IMG/VR virus record: IMGVR_UViG_3300045747_000505
Source: a virus
Lineage: Duplodnaviria > Caudoviricetes
Length of the DNA stretch: 64,000 bases
Strand: one strand, 5' to 3'
Part shown: piece after piece, positions 1 to 8,535 of the stretch
How the letters are laid out: each line of letters starts with the position of its first letter
Numbering within the stretch: position 1 is the stretch's first letter
Made by a program: the position numbers and the translations under genes
Notes under the pieces: generated by a model
Databases searched by the model: none
Told to the model about the DNA's origin: nothing
The model's input: only the letters and a program-made list of their open reading frames with translations

Positions 1-1158
1 GGCATTGAAGCCCTTGGCACGCTCGTCTCCGTCATTGGTCTGAGCCTGCTCTTCGGCGCCAACCCGATCATCATTGCGCTGGCCATCGCGCTGGACGTCA
101 ACAAGATCATCAACGTCACGCTGCTCTACAGCCGTTGGCAGCAGCTTGGCTACATGATGCGCAGCTACGCGCTCGTCGCCACCTTCATCACGATGATCAT
201 CACCTCAGCCGGAGCCTACTCGTTTCTGACTGGTGAGTTTCAAAAGGCGATGTTGGGATCGCAAGAGGGCTCCATTCAAGTCGCCACGCTCAAGGAGCAG
301 CAGACGAAGTATGAGGCTCGCAAGAAGCAGATCGACGATCAGATTGCTCGCGTCCCAGACACGATGTCAGCCCGCGATCGTACTCGCGTCATCGCAAACT
401 TCAAGGTCGAGCAGCGCGACCTTCAGCTCAAGATCGCTGAGATTGACAAGCAGCTTCCAACGATGCAGGTCAAGCAGCTCAGCATCGAGGCGAAGACCGG
501 TCCAATCATCACCATCTCGAAGACCTTCAACATCACGCCTGAAGAGGCGATCAAGTGGGTCATTCTGACGATCATCTTCGTGTTCGACCCGCTCGCCGTG
601 TTCGACATCGTGGCTGGCAACTTCCTCCTCGCCGAGTGGCGTCGTAAGCGAGCGCTGAAGGCTACGCCGATTGTTGACATCGCTCCACGCAGAAAGGAGC
701 GCGATGTCTTTGGCGACGCCTACGACGAGGTTGAAGAAGCTCGTGCCGCCGTCGGCCAATCACGCTACTTCGCACCGCAAGAGCTCGTCGAGCGAATGTC
801 CGACGAGGGTAAAGCCGAACCCCCAAAAGCTGATGTGGTGAGCGACGCTAGCTCGGTGTCGGCTCAGCCACAACCTCCAGATGAGCCTCAACAGTCAGCG
901 GAAGTGGCTCAAGACATCTGGCATCCAGAAGCTCCGATCCTCGAAGACGTAGTCGATGAGACGGCTGAGCAGCAGCGTTGGTACCGCCAACGGCGCGGGC
1001 ACAACAAGTCACAAGCTCCAGATGACGTCGATCTCGACGAGCTGAACGCCGACGCCGACTCGATTCAACAGGCGTTGAAGGCACAGCGAGAGCGCCACAC
1101 GCTCGAGTCGCTTGGATTGGACCACAGCAAGGGTTTGCTCCGCACCATCGAACCGTGA
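1..1158 (+). CDS. Membrane protein with coiled coil and acidic low-complexity tail (5' truncated by window)
   Basis: Frame is open from base 1 (GIEALGTLVSVIGLSLLFG...), so the ORF starts before the window; several TM segments flank a coiled coil. Confidence 0.75.
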   Translation, partial: GIEALGTLVSVIGLSLLFGANPIIIALAIALDVNKIINVTLLYSRWQQLGYMMRSYALVATFITMIITSAGAYSFLTGEFQKAMLGSQEGSIQVATLKEQQTKYEARKKQIDDQIARVPDTMSARDRTRVIANFKVEQRDLQLKIAEIDKQLPTMQVKQLSIEAKTGPIITISKTFNITPEEAIKWVILTIIFVFDPLAVFDIVAGNFLLAEWRRKRALKATPIVDIAPRRKERDVFGDAYDEVEEARAAVGQSRYFAPQELVERMSDEGKAEPPKADVVSDASSVSAQPQPPDEPQQSAEVAQDIWHPEAPILEDVVDETAEQQRWYRQRRGHNKSQAPDDVDLDELNADADSIQQALKAQRERHTLESLGLDHSKGLLRTIEP

Positions 1159-1218
1159 CAACGGCTACACCAAGCGAACCTCTTGGTGTAGAATCTCTTC
1201 ACACTACTGCGAATCACA

Positions 1219-2139
1219 ATGGCAATCAAAAAAGTTTGGGTCGAGCGCTATCGGCCGAAGTCTGTTGCGGACATCATCATGCCGAACGAGCGTCTGCGCA
1301 AGACGTTCGACGCTTGGGTCGCTCAAGGTGAGTTCCCAAACATTCTGCTGTACGGCGGCCCCGGCACTGGCAAGACCTCGCTGAGTCTGGCGCTGCTCCG
1401 CGACATCGGCGTTCAGAAGCAGGACACGCTGCGCATCAACTGCTCGGACGAGAAGATCGACGCGCTGCGCGACAAGGTCAAGGGCTTCGCAACCACGATG
1501 CCGATCGGCAACTTCAAGGTCGTTCGCCTTGAAGAGTTCGACTACCTCAATCACGACGCTCAGGCTTTGCTGCGAGCTCTAATGGAGGACGTGAGTGACA
1601 CGTGCCGCTTCATTGCCACGTGCAATTACATCGGCAAGCTGACACCACCGCTGCGCTCGCGCTTTCAAGAGTTTCAGATTGCCGCACCGGGTCGTGAGGA
1701 CTCGCTCGTGCTGGCTGCAGAGATTCTCGAAGCCGAGGGCATTGCGTTCGAGCTCGATGACGTCGAGAAGGTCGTGGCCGCTGCGTACCCTGACCTGCGC
1801 AAGATGATTCAGCTGCTCGATGGCAACTCCATCGACGGCAGGCTCGACCTCGCCAACGCAGCAAGCGTCGCGGACTGGAAGCTCGAGTTGTTGCCAGCGC
1901 TCGAAGCCAGCGACCTCAAGGCTGCTCGCAAGATCGTGTGCGAGTCCGCCACCATCGAAGAGCTGCAGGACGTCTTTCGCTTTCTCTACGACAACCTTCA
2001 CCGCGTCAAGCGGTTGACCAAGAACCTCGACGACGCGATCGTGCTGCTCGCCGAGTATCAGTACAAGCACGCCTTCGCTGCGGACAAGGAAATCAACACC
2101 GCGGCGCTGTTCATCGAACTCAACAACCTGACCAAGTGA
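1219..2139 (+). CDS. Sliding-clamp loader AAA+ subunit (T4 gp44/RFC small subunit-like)
   Basis: WVERYRP N-terminus, Walker A GGPGTGKT, Walker B variant LEEFDYL, SRC-like LRSRF, PDLRKMI. Confidence 0.95.
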   Translation: MAIKKVWVERYRPKSVADIIMPNERLRKTFDAWVAQGEFPNILLYGGPGTGKTSLSLALLRDIGVQKQDTLRINCSDEKIDALRDKVKGFATTMPIGNFKVVRLEEFDYLNHDAQALLRALMEDVSDTCRFIATCNYIGKLTPPLRSRFQEFQIAAPGREDSLVLAAEILEAEGIAFELDDVEKVVAAAYPDLRKMIQLLDGNSIDGRLDLANAASVADWKLELLPALEASDLKAARKIVCESATIEELQDVFRFLYDNLHRVKRLTKNLDDAIVLLAEYQYKHAFAADKEINTAALFIELNNLTK

Positions 2140-2147
2140 GCCACACA

Positions 2148-2453
2148 ATGACCGACCATTCACCACACGCTGACGCCGACGAAACCACCAAGCGCGACCA
2201 CACGCGTCTCGAGCTGGCGCTGATGGAGCAAGCCCATCTGCTCTCGCATAAGGTCGAGCAGCTCACGCACCACCTCGAGCTGATGCAAGTCTCCACCATC
2301 GTTCAGAAGCTCGCGCTGCTGCAGTGCCTGCCCGAAGGCGGCGTGGTCGTCGAGGTGCCTGAGAACCAAGCTCCGCTGCTCGACGACGGCACTCGCCTCA
2401 CCCGCATTCGCGTGCTGGTTGTCGGCGACAAGCTCGACATCGAACCAGCGTGA
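2148..2453 (+). CDS. Hypothetical protein
   Basis: ATG at 2148 after the clamp loader stop; phage-like codon usage; GTGA overlap with next ORF. Confidence 0.65.
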   Translation: MTDHSPHADADETTKRDHTRLELALMEQAHLLSHKVEQLTHHLELMQVSTIVQKLALLQCLPEGGVVVEVPENQAPLLDDGTRLTRIRVLVVGDKLDIEPA

Positions 2454-2665
2454 GAACCTTTCGCATCATTGAGCGAAATCTTGGTTCGAAGCAAGGCTTT
2501 CGCGTCGAGGAGCGGCGCTGGTTTCGCTGGCAAACGCATGTCTTCGACTACGGCGAGGGCTGGAACACCACGATCTGGTTCGACTCCTACGAGGAGGCCA
2601 AGGCTGGCATCCTAGCTATTGCCCCACCGTGTGACTTCGTAGTGGGTACAATCACTATTCTATGA
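2450..2665 (+). CDS. Hypothetical protein
   Basis: Overlap-coupled ORF in the operon. Confidence 0.55.
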   Translation: MRTFRIIERNLGSKQGFRVEERRWFRWQTHVFDYGEGWNTTIWFDSYEEAKAGILAIAPPCDFVVGTITIL

Positions 2666-3174
2666 GCGACCGTTCGGCATTCGATCTCTTCTCAGGACTT
2701 GCCAGCCTTTCACGAGGTGACAAGTCCTGGTTTCAAAACCTTTCACCTGAGGGACAGAAGGCGGCAGCGCCGTTTGTGATGGCGCGTTGGATGACTGGCA
2801 CCTCGGATGCCCAGCAAATCCTTCGCATAAATACCTTTGTCAATCCCTTCCTCTTCACCGGCACAACCGACAAGAGTGGTCTGTTCAAGCTTATGGCGGT
2901 CGCCGCCACTGGCAAGAACGCTCGCTACTCTTGGCTCAAGGGCCCAGGCCCGAAGAGCAAGAAGCTCTCGCTTGAGGTCATCAAGCAGTACTACGAGTGC
3001 TCGACGCGCGAGGCCAACACCTATCGCATCGACGCCGCAAGCCTGCTTGAGATGGCCGAAGAGTGTGGGTGGGAGAAGGACGAGATAGCAAAGCTGAAGA
3101 AAGAGGTAGATGATGGATCGGGAACAGCTGAGAAAGCAAGCGTCAAGCCGGCGAAGCCAAGTAAGCGTCGTTGA
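2662..3174 (+). CDS. Probable clamp loader A subunit (T4 gp62-like)
   Basis: PFVMARW and IKQYYECSTREA segments resemble gp62-type proteins; lies just downstream of the gp44-like gene. Confidence 0.6.
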   Translation: MSDRSAFDLFSGLASLSRGDKSWFQNLSPEGQKAAAPFVMARWMTGTSDAQQILRINTFVNPFLFTGTTDKSGLFKLMAVAATGKNARYSWLKGPGPKSKKLSLEVIKQYYECSTREANTYRIDAASLLEMAEECGWEKDEIAKLKKEVDDGSGTAEKASVKPAKPSKRR

Positions 3175-3862
3175 GGAGACCGTCAAGCCTGACGTCAAGT
3201 GGCCGTGCGAGTTCTGCGGTCACATCTTCTCGTTTGAGAAGTCCTTCATGAACCATCGCTGTCGCGAGCGTGATCGCATTGAAGTGCTGCGCGGTCCAAA
3301 GGGTCAGGCTGCCTACGCGCACTACAGCGACTGGATGCGCATGAAGAAGCGCAGCGTCCCGCCGATTGAATCGTTCGGCGCCTCCAAGCTCTACTCGACC
3401 TTCGTCAAGTTCGCCGAGTACGCCGACCGCACGCACATGCCGAACATCCCGCTCTTCATTCGGTTGATGGTTGAGCACGACATTTCACCGACGCTGTGGA
3501 GTCGCGATCAAACTTACTCGATGTACCTTCAGTGGTTCGACAACGCTCACCCGCCAGAGGTTCAGGTCCTTGAGTCGCTCGAGCTGCTCACCACGATTGC
3601 GCTCGACTACGAGTGCTATCGCCCAGACGTCTTCAAGGTGATGCCGCTCGGCTTGCTCGTGCAGCTCATTGAACGGCGCAAGCTCAGTCCGTGGTTTCTG
3701 CTGTCGTCGAAGGTCTTTCGCGACCACGTCGGCTCGCTGAACCAAGAGGACAAGGCGCGACTTCAGCGTGCGGTCAATGAGGGTGCGATGGTCAATCGCA
3801 TTCAACAGGACCAAAGCCGCTTCGCCTTCTTCAACAAGGTTACTCGGGAAGAGGGTCTCTAA
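3110..3862 (+). CDS. Conserved-type phage protein with N-terminal C2H2-like zinc finger
   Basis: CEFCGHIFSFEKSFMNHRC motif. Confidence 0.7.
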   Translation: MMDREQLRKQASSRRSQVSVVEETVKPDVKWPCEFCGHIFSFEKSFMNHRCRERDRIEVLRGPKGQAAYAHYSDWMRMKKRSVPPIESFGASKLYSTFVKFAEYADRTHMPNIPLFIRLMVEHDISPTLWSRDQTYSMYLQWFDNAHPPEVQVLESLELLTTIALDYECYRPDVFKVMPLGLLVQLIERRKLSPWFLLSSKVFRDHVGSLNQEDKARLQRAVNEGAMVNRIQQDQSRFAFFNKVTREEGL

Positions 3863-4071
3863 GTGGCACGGCGTGTCTTCGCCTCGATGCCACTTGACTG
3901 CGCCAAGTTCTACAATCGTCTTATGAATAGGTTGGTGCTCAACATCTGGGCAGTTAGAATGGGTCTGTTCGATACGCTGCTGTGCGAGACGTCGGACCCA
4001 TTCGTCTTCGTGCGCTGGTGCGAAGCGCTACCAAGAATCATTGAAACCATCGAAGCCAACGGAGGCTCATC

Positions 4072-4647
4072 ATCGACGTCGACATAGACACGCAAACCAG
4101 CTTCGACCCAGTGAAGCTCTTCCCATCGTGGGTTCGCGCCTCGGTCGTCCGCGATGGTCGCCTGACGCCACACCCATGCGGCGTCTACCCTCAGCGCATG
4201 CCACGCGACCCACTGACCAAGCTCGCCGCCATTCCGCACGAGGCAGCGGAGGACTTCGGCTTTCTCAAGGTCGACTTTCTGCACCTGAGCGCCTACAACG
4301 GGTTCAAGTCCCGTGAGGAGATCGAGCGCCTCGTCGCGCTTGAACCCAACTGGTCGCTGCTTCAGCTCACCTCAACGCACGGCAAGCTGTTTCAGCTGTC
4401 CAAGCATGGTGACATGTTGAAGGCGGTCAAGCCATCATCCGTCGAGGAGCTCGCGGACTGCATGGCGCTGATTCGACCTGGCAAGAAGGCTTTCCTCGGT
4501 CTCTACACGAAGGAGCGGGCTGCGGCTCGCGTGCTGCTGTACGCCAAGGACCCCGAGAGCGGCTACGCTTTCAAGAAGTCGCACGCGCTTGCGTACGCGC
4601 TGGTGGTCGTGCTTCAACTTCATCAGATTGAGCAGGGCAGCTTGTGA
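4072..4647 (+). CDS. Stand-alone minimal DNA polymerase III alpha (DnaE)-like catalytic domain; probable ATC start
   Basis: DVDID (4075-4089), HPCGVY, GFLKVDFL, ALIRPG and GYAFKKSHALAY match DnaE motifs. The DxD motif lies upstream of the called GTG (4111); GGAGG at 4061-4065 precedes ATC 4072; in-frame TGA at 4042. Confidence 0.8.
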   Translation: MDVDIDTQTSFDPVKLFPSWVRASVVRDGRLTPHPCGVYPQRMPRDPLTKLAAIPHEAAEDFGFLKVDFLHLSAYNGFKSREEIERLVALEPNWSLLQLTSTHGKLFQLSKHGDMLKAVKPSSVEELADCMALIRPGKKAFLGLYTKERAAARVLLYAKDPESGYAFKKSHALAYALVVVLQLHQIEQGSL

Positions 4648-4802
4648 ACGCGAAGCAGCTAGCGAAGGTCGCGTGGTTCGTCCATCGAACGGGCTGTGAT
4701 GCCGCCGAGGCTGAGAAGTTCCTGAAGGAGGCGAAGTTCAGAATCGACGAAGCCATCAAGCTTCGGCGCGACCACTGGCAGCGAGTGTACAGTAAATCGT
4801 AA
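4644..4802 (+). CDS. Small UBA-like (EF-Ts N-terminal-like) protein, 52 aa
   Basis: Translated by hand: MNAKQLAKVAWFVHRTGCDAAEAEKFLKEAKFRIDEAIKLRRDHWQRVYSKS; GTGA overlap with the DnaE-like stop. Confidence 0.5.
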   Translation: MNAKQLAKVAWFVHRTGCDAAEAEKFLKEAKFRIDEAIKLRRDHWQRVYSKS

Positions 4803-4847
4803 CGCCGCTCAGTCGTTACACTCTGAACCCGCAGGCTGGTGTATAAT
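4799..4847 (+). promoter_or_regulatory. GTAAC/GTTAC-box promoter (representative of about 14 copies)
   Basis: GTAAC-N11-GTTAC-N22-TATAAT; see findings for other copies. Confidence 0.75.
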
Positions 4848-4873
4848 GACTCAACGTCAACAAGGACACCACC

Positions 4874-5116
4874 ATGAAGTCTGCCACCAAAGTCGCCCTG
4901 TTTGCCTACCTTGAAGCCCTCAAGGCCGAAGGCTTCACGCACATTCATGCTGGTAGCGTCATCCCAATGCGCGCCGGACAAGCTGCCGTCGAAGCCAGGT
5001 GGACGCAATTCCCGCTGATCGGCGAGACCGAGCTGCCCGAAGGCATCTTCTACGATCGCCTGAGCGGCTGGTTCTTCTTCGATGAAGTCATGTACCTCAA
5101 GGTTCAAGTTCGCTAA
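4874..5116 (+). CDS. Hypothetical protein
   Basis: AAGGA RBS, upstream TATAAT promoter. Confidence 0.7.
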   Translation: MKSATKVALFAYLEALKAEGFTHIHAGSVIPMRAGQAAVEARWTQFPLIGETELPEGIFYDRLSGWFFFDEVMYLKVQVR

Positions 5117-5126
5117 GGAGCCGCCC

Positions 5127-5348
5127 ATGGCAATCACGAGCATGACCATTCGCGGTCTCGTTGATGAGGACGGCGACACCGTTATTCGCAACGTTGACGC
5201 CGCGACGCTGGTCCACTTTCTCAGCTACACTTGCAGCGAGGTGGCGGCGATGAGCTCAACCGAGTTCTTCTTCGCTGCTCTCAACTATCTCGAGATGTAT
5301 ACAAGCATCGCTGACACCGACTCCGCCAAGATCGACACGTGGTACTGA
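5127..5348 (+). CDS. Hypothetical protein
   Basis: AAGGAG RBS then ATG 5127. Confidence 0.65.
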   Translation: MAITSMTIRGLVDEDGDTVIRNVDAATLVHFLSYTCSEVAAMSSTEFFFAALNYLEMYTSIADTDSAKIDTWY

Positions 5349-5416
5349 ACCTCGATAAACCCACTTCACATCGGCTCATTGTGTGGTAGAATGATCTTCT
5401 CTACACGAAGGAGCCC

Positions 5417-5587
5417 ATGATGAGTAAGAAGCGATTGAAGGCCTGGGCCAATGGCGAGATCGATCTCGAGGACATGACCACTAAGGAGATCAAGTACGTA
5501 CTCGAGCTGGTCTTCACGAAGGTGACCGAAATCAAGTTCGCTCGCCCTGGTGTTGTCGTCTACGGTCAGCACTCGACGGTGCAGTAA
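5417..5587 (+). CDS. Small hypothetical protein (56 aa)
   Basis: AAGGAG RBS; MMSKKRLKAW...HSTVQ; TAATG overlap with next gene. Confidence 0.65.
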   Translation: MMSKKRLKAWANGEIDLEDMTTKEIKYVLELVFTKVTEIKFARPGVVVYGQHSTVQ

Positions 5588-5904
5588 TGGCCCACACGCT
5601 CGAGGAATACGAGGCCCAAAAGGGCTGGTCAAGCGAGTTGTTCGCTGACCACGCTGGTCAGCTGATGCGCGAGCTCATTGACCTTGGCGTGCGCGTCACC
5701 ATTCATCGCACGGTCATTCACCTGCGTGGCAAGACCGGCTCGATCAAGGCCTACGTTCATCACAACGGCCGCTCACCCGAGTGGGCAACGCTGACGAATT
5801 GGCGTGGCGAGGAGCTCGGCTCCTTTCACCACACCGACTTTGATCAATTGGCTGCTTCGGTGAAGTGTGCCATTCTGGAGAGTAAATACTGGGTTACAGT
5901 TTGA
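5587..5904 (+). CDS. Hypothetical protein
   Basis: Coupled ORF, phage codon usage. Confidence 0.65.
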   Translation: MAHTLEEYEAQKGWSSELFADHAGQLMRELIDLGVRVTIHRTVIHLRGKTGSIKAYVHHNGRSPEWATLTNWRGEELGSFHHTDFDQLAASVKCAILESKYWVTV

Positions 5905-5967
5905 AGTGTAACATCGCCCCCTCGTTACACCTGAACTCTGTACAGTGGAGTACAATGAGCACCTGAT

Positions 5968-6252
5968 TTGGAAGGGACTTTGAAAGTGAAGATTGTCTAC
6001 GAACCGCTGCCCGCCGGCATCAAAGCTCACAAGTTCTATCCGGGCGAGCGCTGCGTCCTCATCGACGACAAGCACCTCGCGGTTTGGGTCGACAATCAAC
6101 TCATTCAAGCCGACCGTCCACTCCCGCAAAACAGCGGCTACCTGCGCGTCACCAACGAGCCGTTGCCCTCCATCCTCTACGCCCACCACACTCAAATTGC
6201 CCACATCGCTCGCGAACGCATCACCCTGCCGTTCGCACTAAAGGAGTTCTGA
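5968..6252 (+). CDS. Hypothetical protein
   Basis: Downstream of promoter at 5951; TGATG overlap with next gene. Confidence 0.6.
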   Translation: MEGTLKVKIVYEPLPAGIKAHKFYPGERCVLIDDKHLAVWVDNQLIQADRPLPQNSGYLRVTNEPLPSILYAHHTQIAHIARERITLPFALKEF

Positions 6253-7298
6253 TGAAAGACGTTCTGTTTCAAGTGACCTACGGGTCGCGCCTCTACGGCA
6301 CCAACACGCCCACCTCGGACACCGACCTCAAGTCCGTGTTTCTGCCAGCCATAGACGACCTGCTGCTCGGGCGCAAGCTCGGCACCTCCAAGACGCGCGT
6401 GCACAGCGACGGGTCGCCAGTGCCCGACAAGAGCTCGATGCCTGACAACGGCGTGGAGCACGAGTACTTCCCGCTTCAGACCTTCGTGCGCGACTTCGTG
6501 CAGGGTCAGACGTACGCGCTCGAGATGGCGTGGGCGGTCCTCGCCAACGGGCCGGATGGCCACACTCTTCAAGCGGCTCGTGAGCACGAGCTGATGGTCG
6601 AGCTGGTCGAGAAGTTCGGCAACTGCTCGGTGTACTCGATGGTCAGCTTCGCGATGAAGCAGACGTTCGACTACGTGAAGCGCGGTGAACGGCTGGAGCA
6701 GGCTCGTGAGCTGCTCGACGTGCTGAACGTCTGCATGGAGATGTTCGACTGTCTCGACGCAATGGACCCAGGCAGCTATCTGAACCCGCGCCTCGACACC
6801 GTGCTGCCCGACGGCGAAAAGCTCCTTCACAAGCTGTCTCGTGAAACCAACCTCGAGCTCGGCACCAGCGTGAACAACAACCGCGCCTTCGAGACGCTGA
6901 AGCTCAACGGCCGTGAGTACCTCGAGACTACGGCGGTGTCACACCTCGTGCTCGCCGTGCAGAAGCTGGTCAGCGAGTACGGTGAGCGCACCAATCGCGC
7001 TGCGAAGGAAGTTGTCGACTACAAGTCGCTGAGCCACGCGGTGCGCGTCTATGAGCAGGCTCTCGAGCTGCTGGACACCGGCCGACTGACGTTCCCACGT
7101 CCGAACGCCGACTACCTGCGCTCAGTGAAGCAGGGTCTCGTGCCGCTCGAAGAGGTGAAGGCTCGACTGCTCGAGCTGGACGAGGAAGTCCTCGCCAAGC
7201 AAGAGAGCTCTACTCAACGTCGCAAGACGCCAGAGCTGGTCGAGGCATCGGAAGAATGGTTGCTGACGAAGCTCCGCCAGCTGTACCTTCTTGACTGA
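6252..7298 (+). CDS. Pol-beta superfamily nucleotidyltransferase (RlaP/Nuc-transf-like)
   Basis: YGSRLYGTNTPTSDTD (GS...DxD) motif; AAGGAG RBS; C-terminal helical domain with KSLSHAVR. Confidence 0.85.
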   Translation: MKDVLFQVTYGSRLYGTNTPTSDTDLKSVFLPAIDDLLLGRKLGTSKTRVHSDGSPVPDKSSMPDNGVEHEYFPLQTFVRDFVQGQTYALEMAWAVLANGPDGHTLQAAREHELMVELVEKFGNCSVYSMVSFAMKQTFDYVKRGERLEQARELLDVLNVCMEMFDCLDAMDPGSYLNPRLDTVLPDGEKLLHKLSRETNLELGTSVNNNRAFETLKLNGREYLETTAVSHLVLAVQKLVSEYGERTNRAAKEVVDYKSLSHAVRVYEQALELLDTGRLTFPRPNADYLRSVKQGLVPLEEVKARLLELDEEVLAKQESSTQRRKTPELVEASEEWLLTKLRQLYLLD

Positions 7299-7764
7299 TC
7301 GCCTGTTGTAGCAAGTCGAGGGCCTTACGGTCCTCGCTTGACCGCTTCAGTCGAATCTCCGTTCCGGCTGGAATCAAATTGACTCGGCGGCGTCGAACTT
7401 TCGGCGCCGCTTCGAGGGCATAGTTGAAGTTATTGCCGATGAGGCGCGTGACGTGCGCCAGCTCAAATGTCTTGTAGATTCGATTCGTCATCGGCGTAAT
7501 ACCGAGACGACTGAATTCAAAGCTCAGCGGATATTGACCTGACCCACGGTAGAACCATTGCGTGACGACCGAGAGGATTTGTCGAACGTCAAGGCGCTCT
7601 TGCTGAGCGAAATCAAGAACGTATGCACCAATCTCCTCCTCGGAGATATTGTCGATCACGACGAGATAGTTCTCTCGCCGATACTCAAGCACTGATAGGT
7701 AGTAGAGATTGCCGCTGTCGCTGGCGAACTCCACAATGAGTGAGGGCACTCTCTTCTTCGCCAT
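7210..7764 (-). CDS. Hypothetical protein (only convincing minus-strand gene)
   Basis: Fills an otherwise empty gap with natural-looking composition (YYLSVLEYRRENYLVVIDN); AGGAG upstream on the minus strand. Confidence 0.75.
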   Translation of the reverse strand: MAKKRVPSLIVEFASDSGNLYYLSVLEYRRENYLVVIDNISEEEIGAYVLDFAQQERLDVRQILSVVTQWFYRGSGQYPLSFEFSRLGITPMTNRIYKTFELAHVTRLIGNNFNYALEAAPKVRRRRVNLIPAGTEIRLKRSSEDRKALDLLQQAISQEGTAGGASSATILPMPRPALASCDVE

Positions 7765-7917
7765 ACTGGCTCCTACTGATTTGTGTCTCCTATTTATTGG
7801 TTCGGGACCGCCCTCTTTCAGGACGAGGGCGTTACAGGTTCAGGGGCGTTACACTTGACCGATGTACAAACCCTAGGTTCGCATTATAATGACTTCATCG
7901 TCAACTGGAGATCAACC

Positions 7918-8250
7918 ATGTCTACCGTCACCCTGAACAGCCTGATGTCCCAGATCAAGACCCTCTCGATCGCCGACCAGCGCGCTCTGAACAAGCTGCT
8001 CTGCGCGAATCTGAAGGCCGCCATGAAGGTCGCCGCAGTTGGCAAAGCCATCACGTTCGACATCGGCGACAAGGTCGTGTTCGACGCCAAGACCCGTGGC
8101 ATCATCAACGCCGAGATCATCGGCTTCAGCCGTGACCTGTCCAAGATCAAGTGCAAGCAGATTGGTGGCCTCCGCCCCGGCTGCCTGTGGACCGTCACCG
8201 CCAACCTCGTGACGACCGCCAAGGCTCTCACAGCCGCTCTGCCGAAGTGA
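7918..8250 (+). CDS. Hypothetical protein (SH3/KOW-like beta-rich C-terminus)
   Basis: GGAG RBS, promoter ATGTAC-N17-TATAAT; FDIGDKVVF motif. Confidence 0.75.
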   Translation: MSTVTLNSLMSQIKTLSIADQRALNKLLCANLKAAMKVAAVGKAITFDIGDKVVFDAKTRGIINAEIIGFSRDLSKIKCKQIGGLRPGCLWTVTANLVTTAKALTAALPK

Positions 8251-8535
8251 GGAAACCGTGAGCCTCCGCAAAGCCATCTCCAACTGGTTTCTCGCCTCGT
8301 GGTGGTTCGTGCCACCGACGCAGCCGGTCTACGTGCCACCGCCGAAGCCGAACCTGACCGTGACACGTCACACTCGGCCTCGCTGCCCGACCGGTCCAGC
8401 CCGAGGCGTCTACATTCAGCGCTGATCGTTACAGACCCTGAAAATTGTTACACCTCAGGGTCAACACTTCGTCCTAAAAAGGGATATAGTAACACTTGTC
8501 GAAAGACTTGTTCCACAACCTCACCGGAGTTCATC

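Noticed and set aside
3863-4087. ORF between the zinc-finger gene and mini-DnaE as a frameshift partner
   Set aside because: No slippery heptamer seen; an SD-ATC start explains the DnaE frame more simply; the ORF itself is weakly supported
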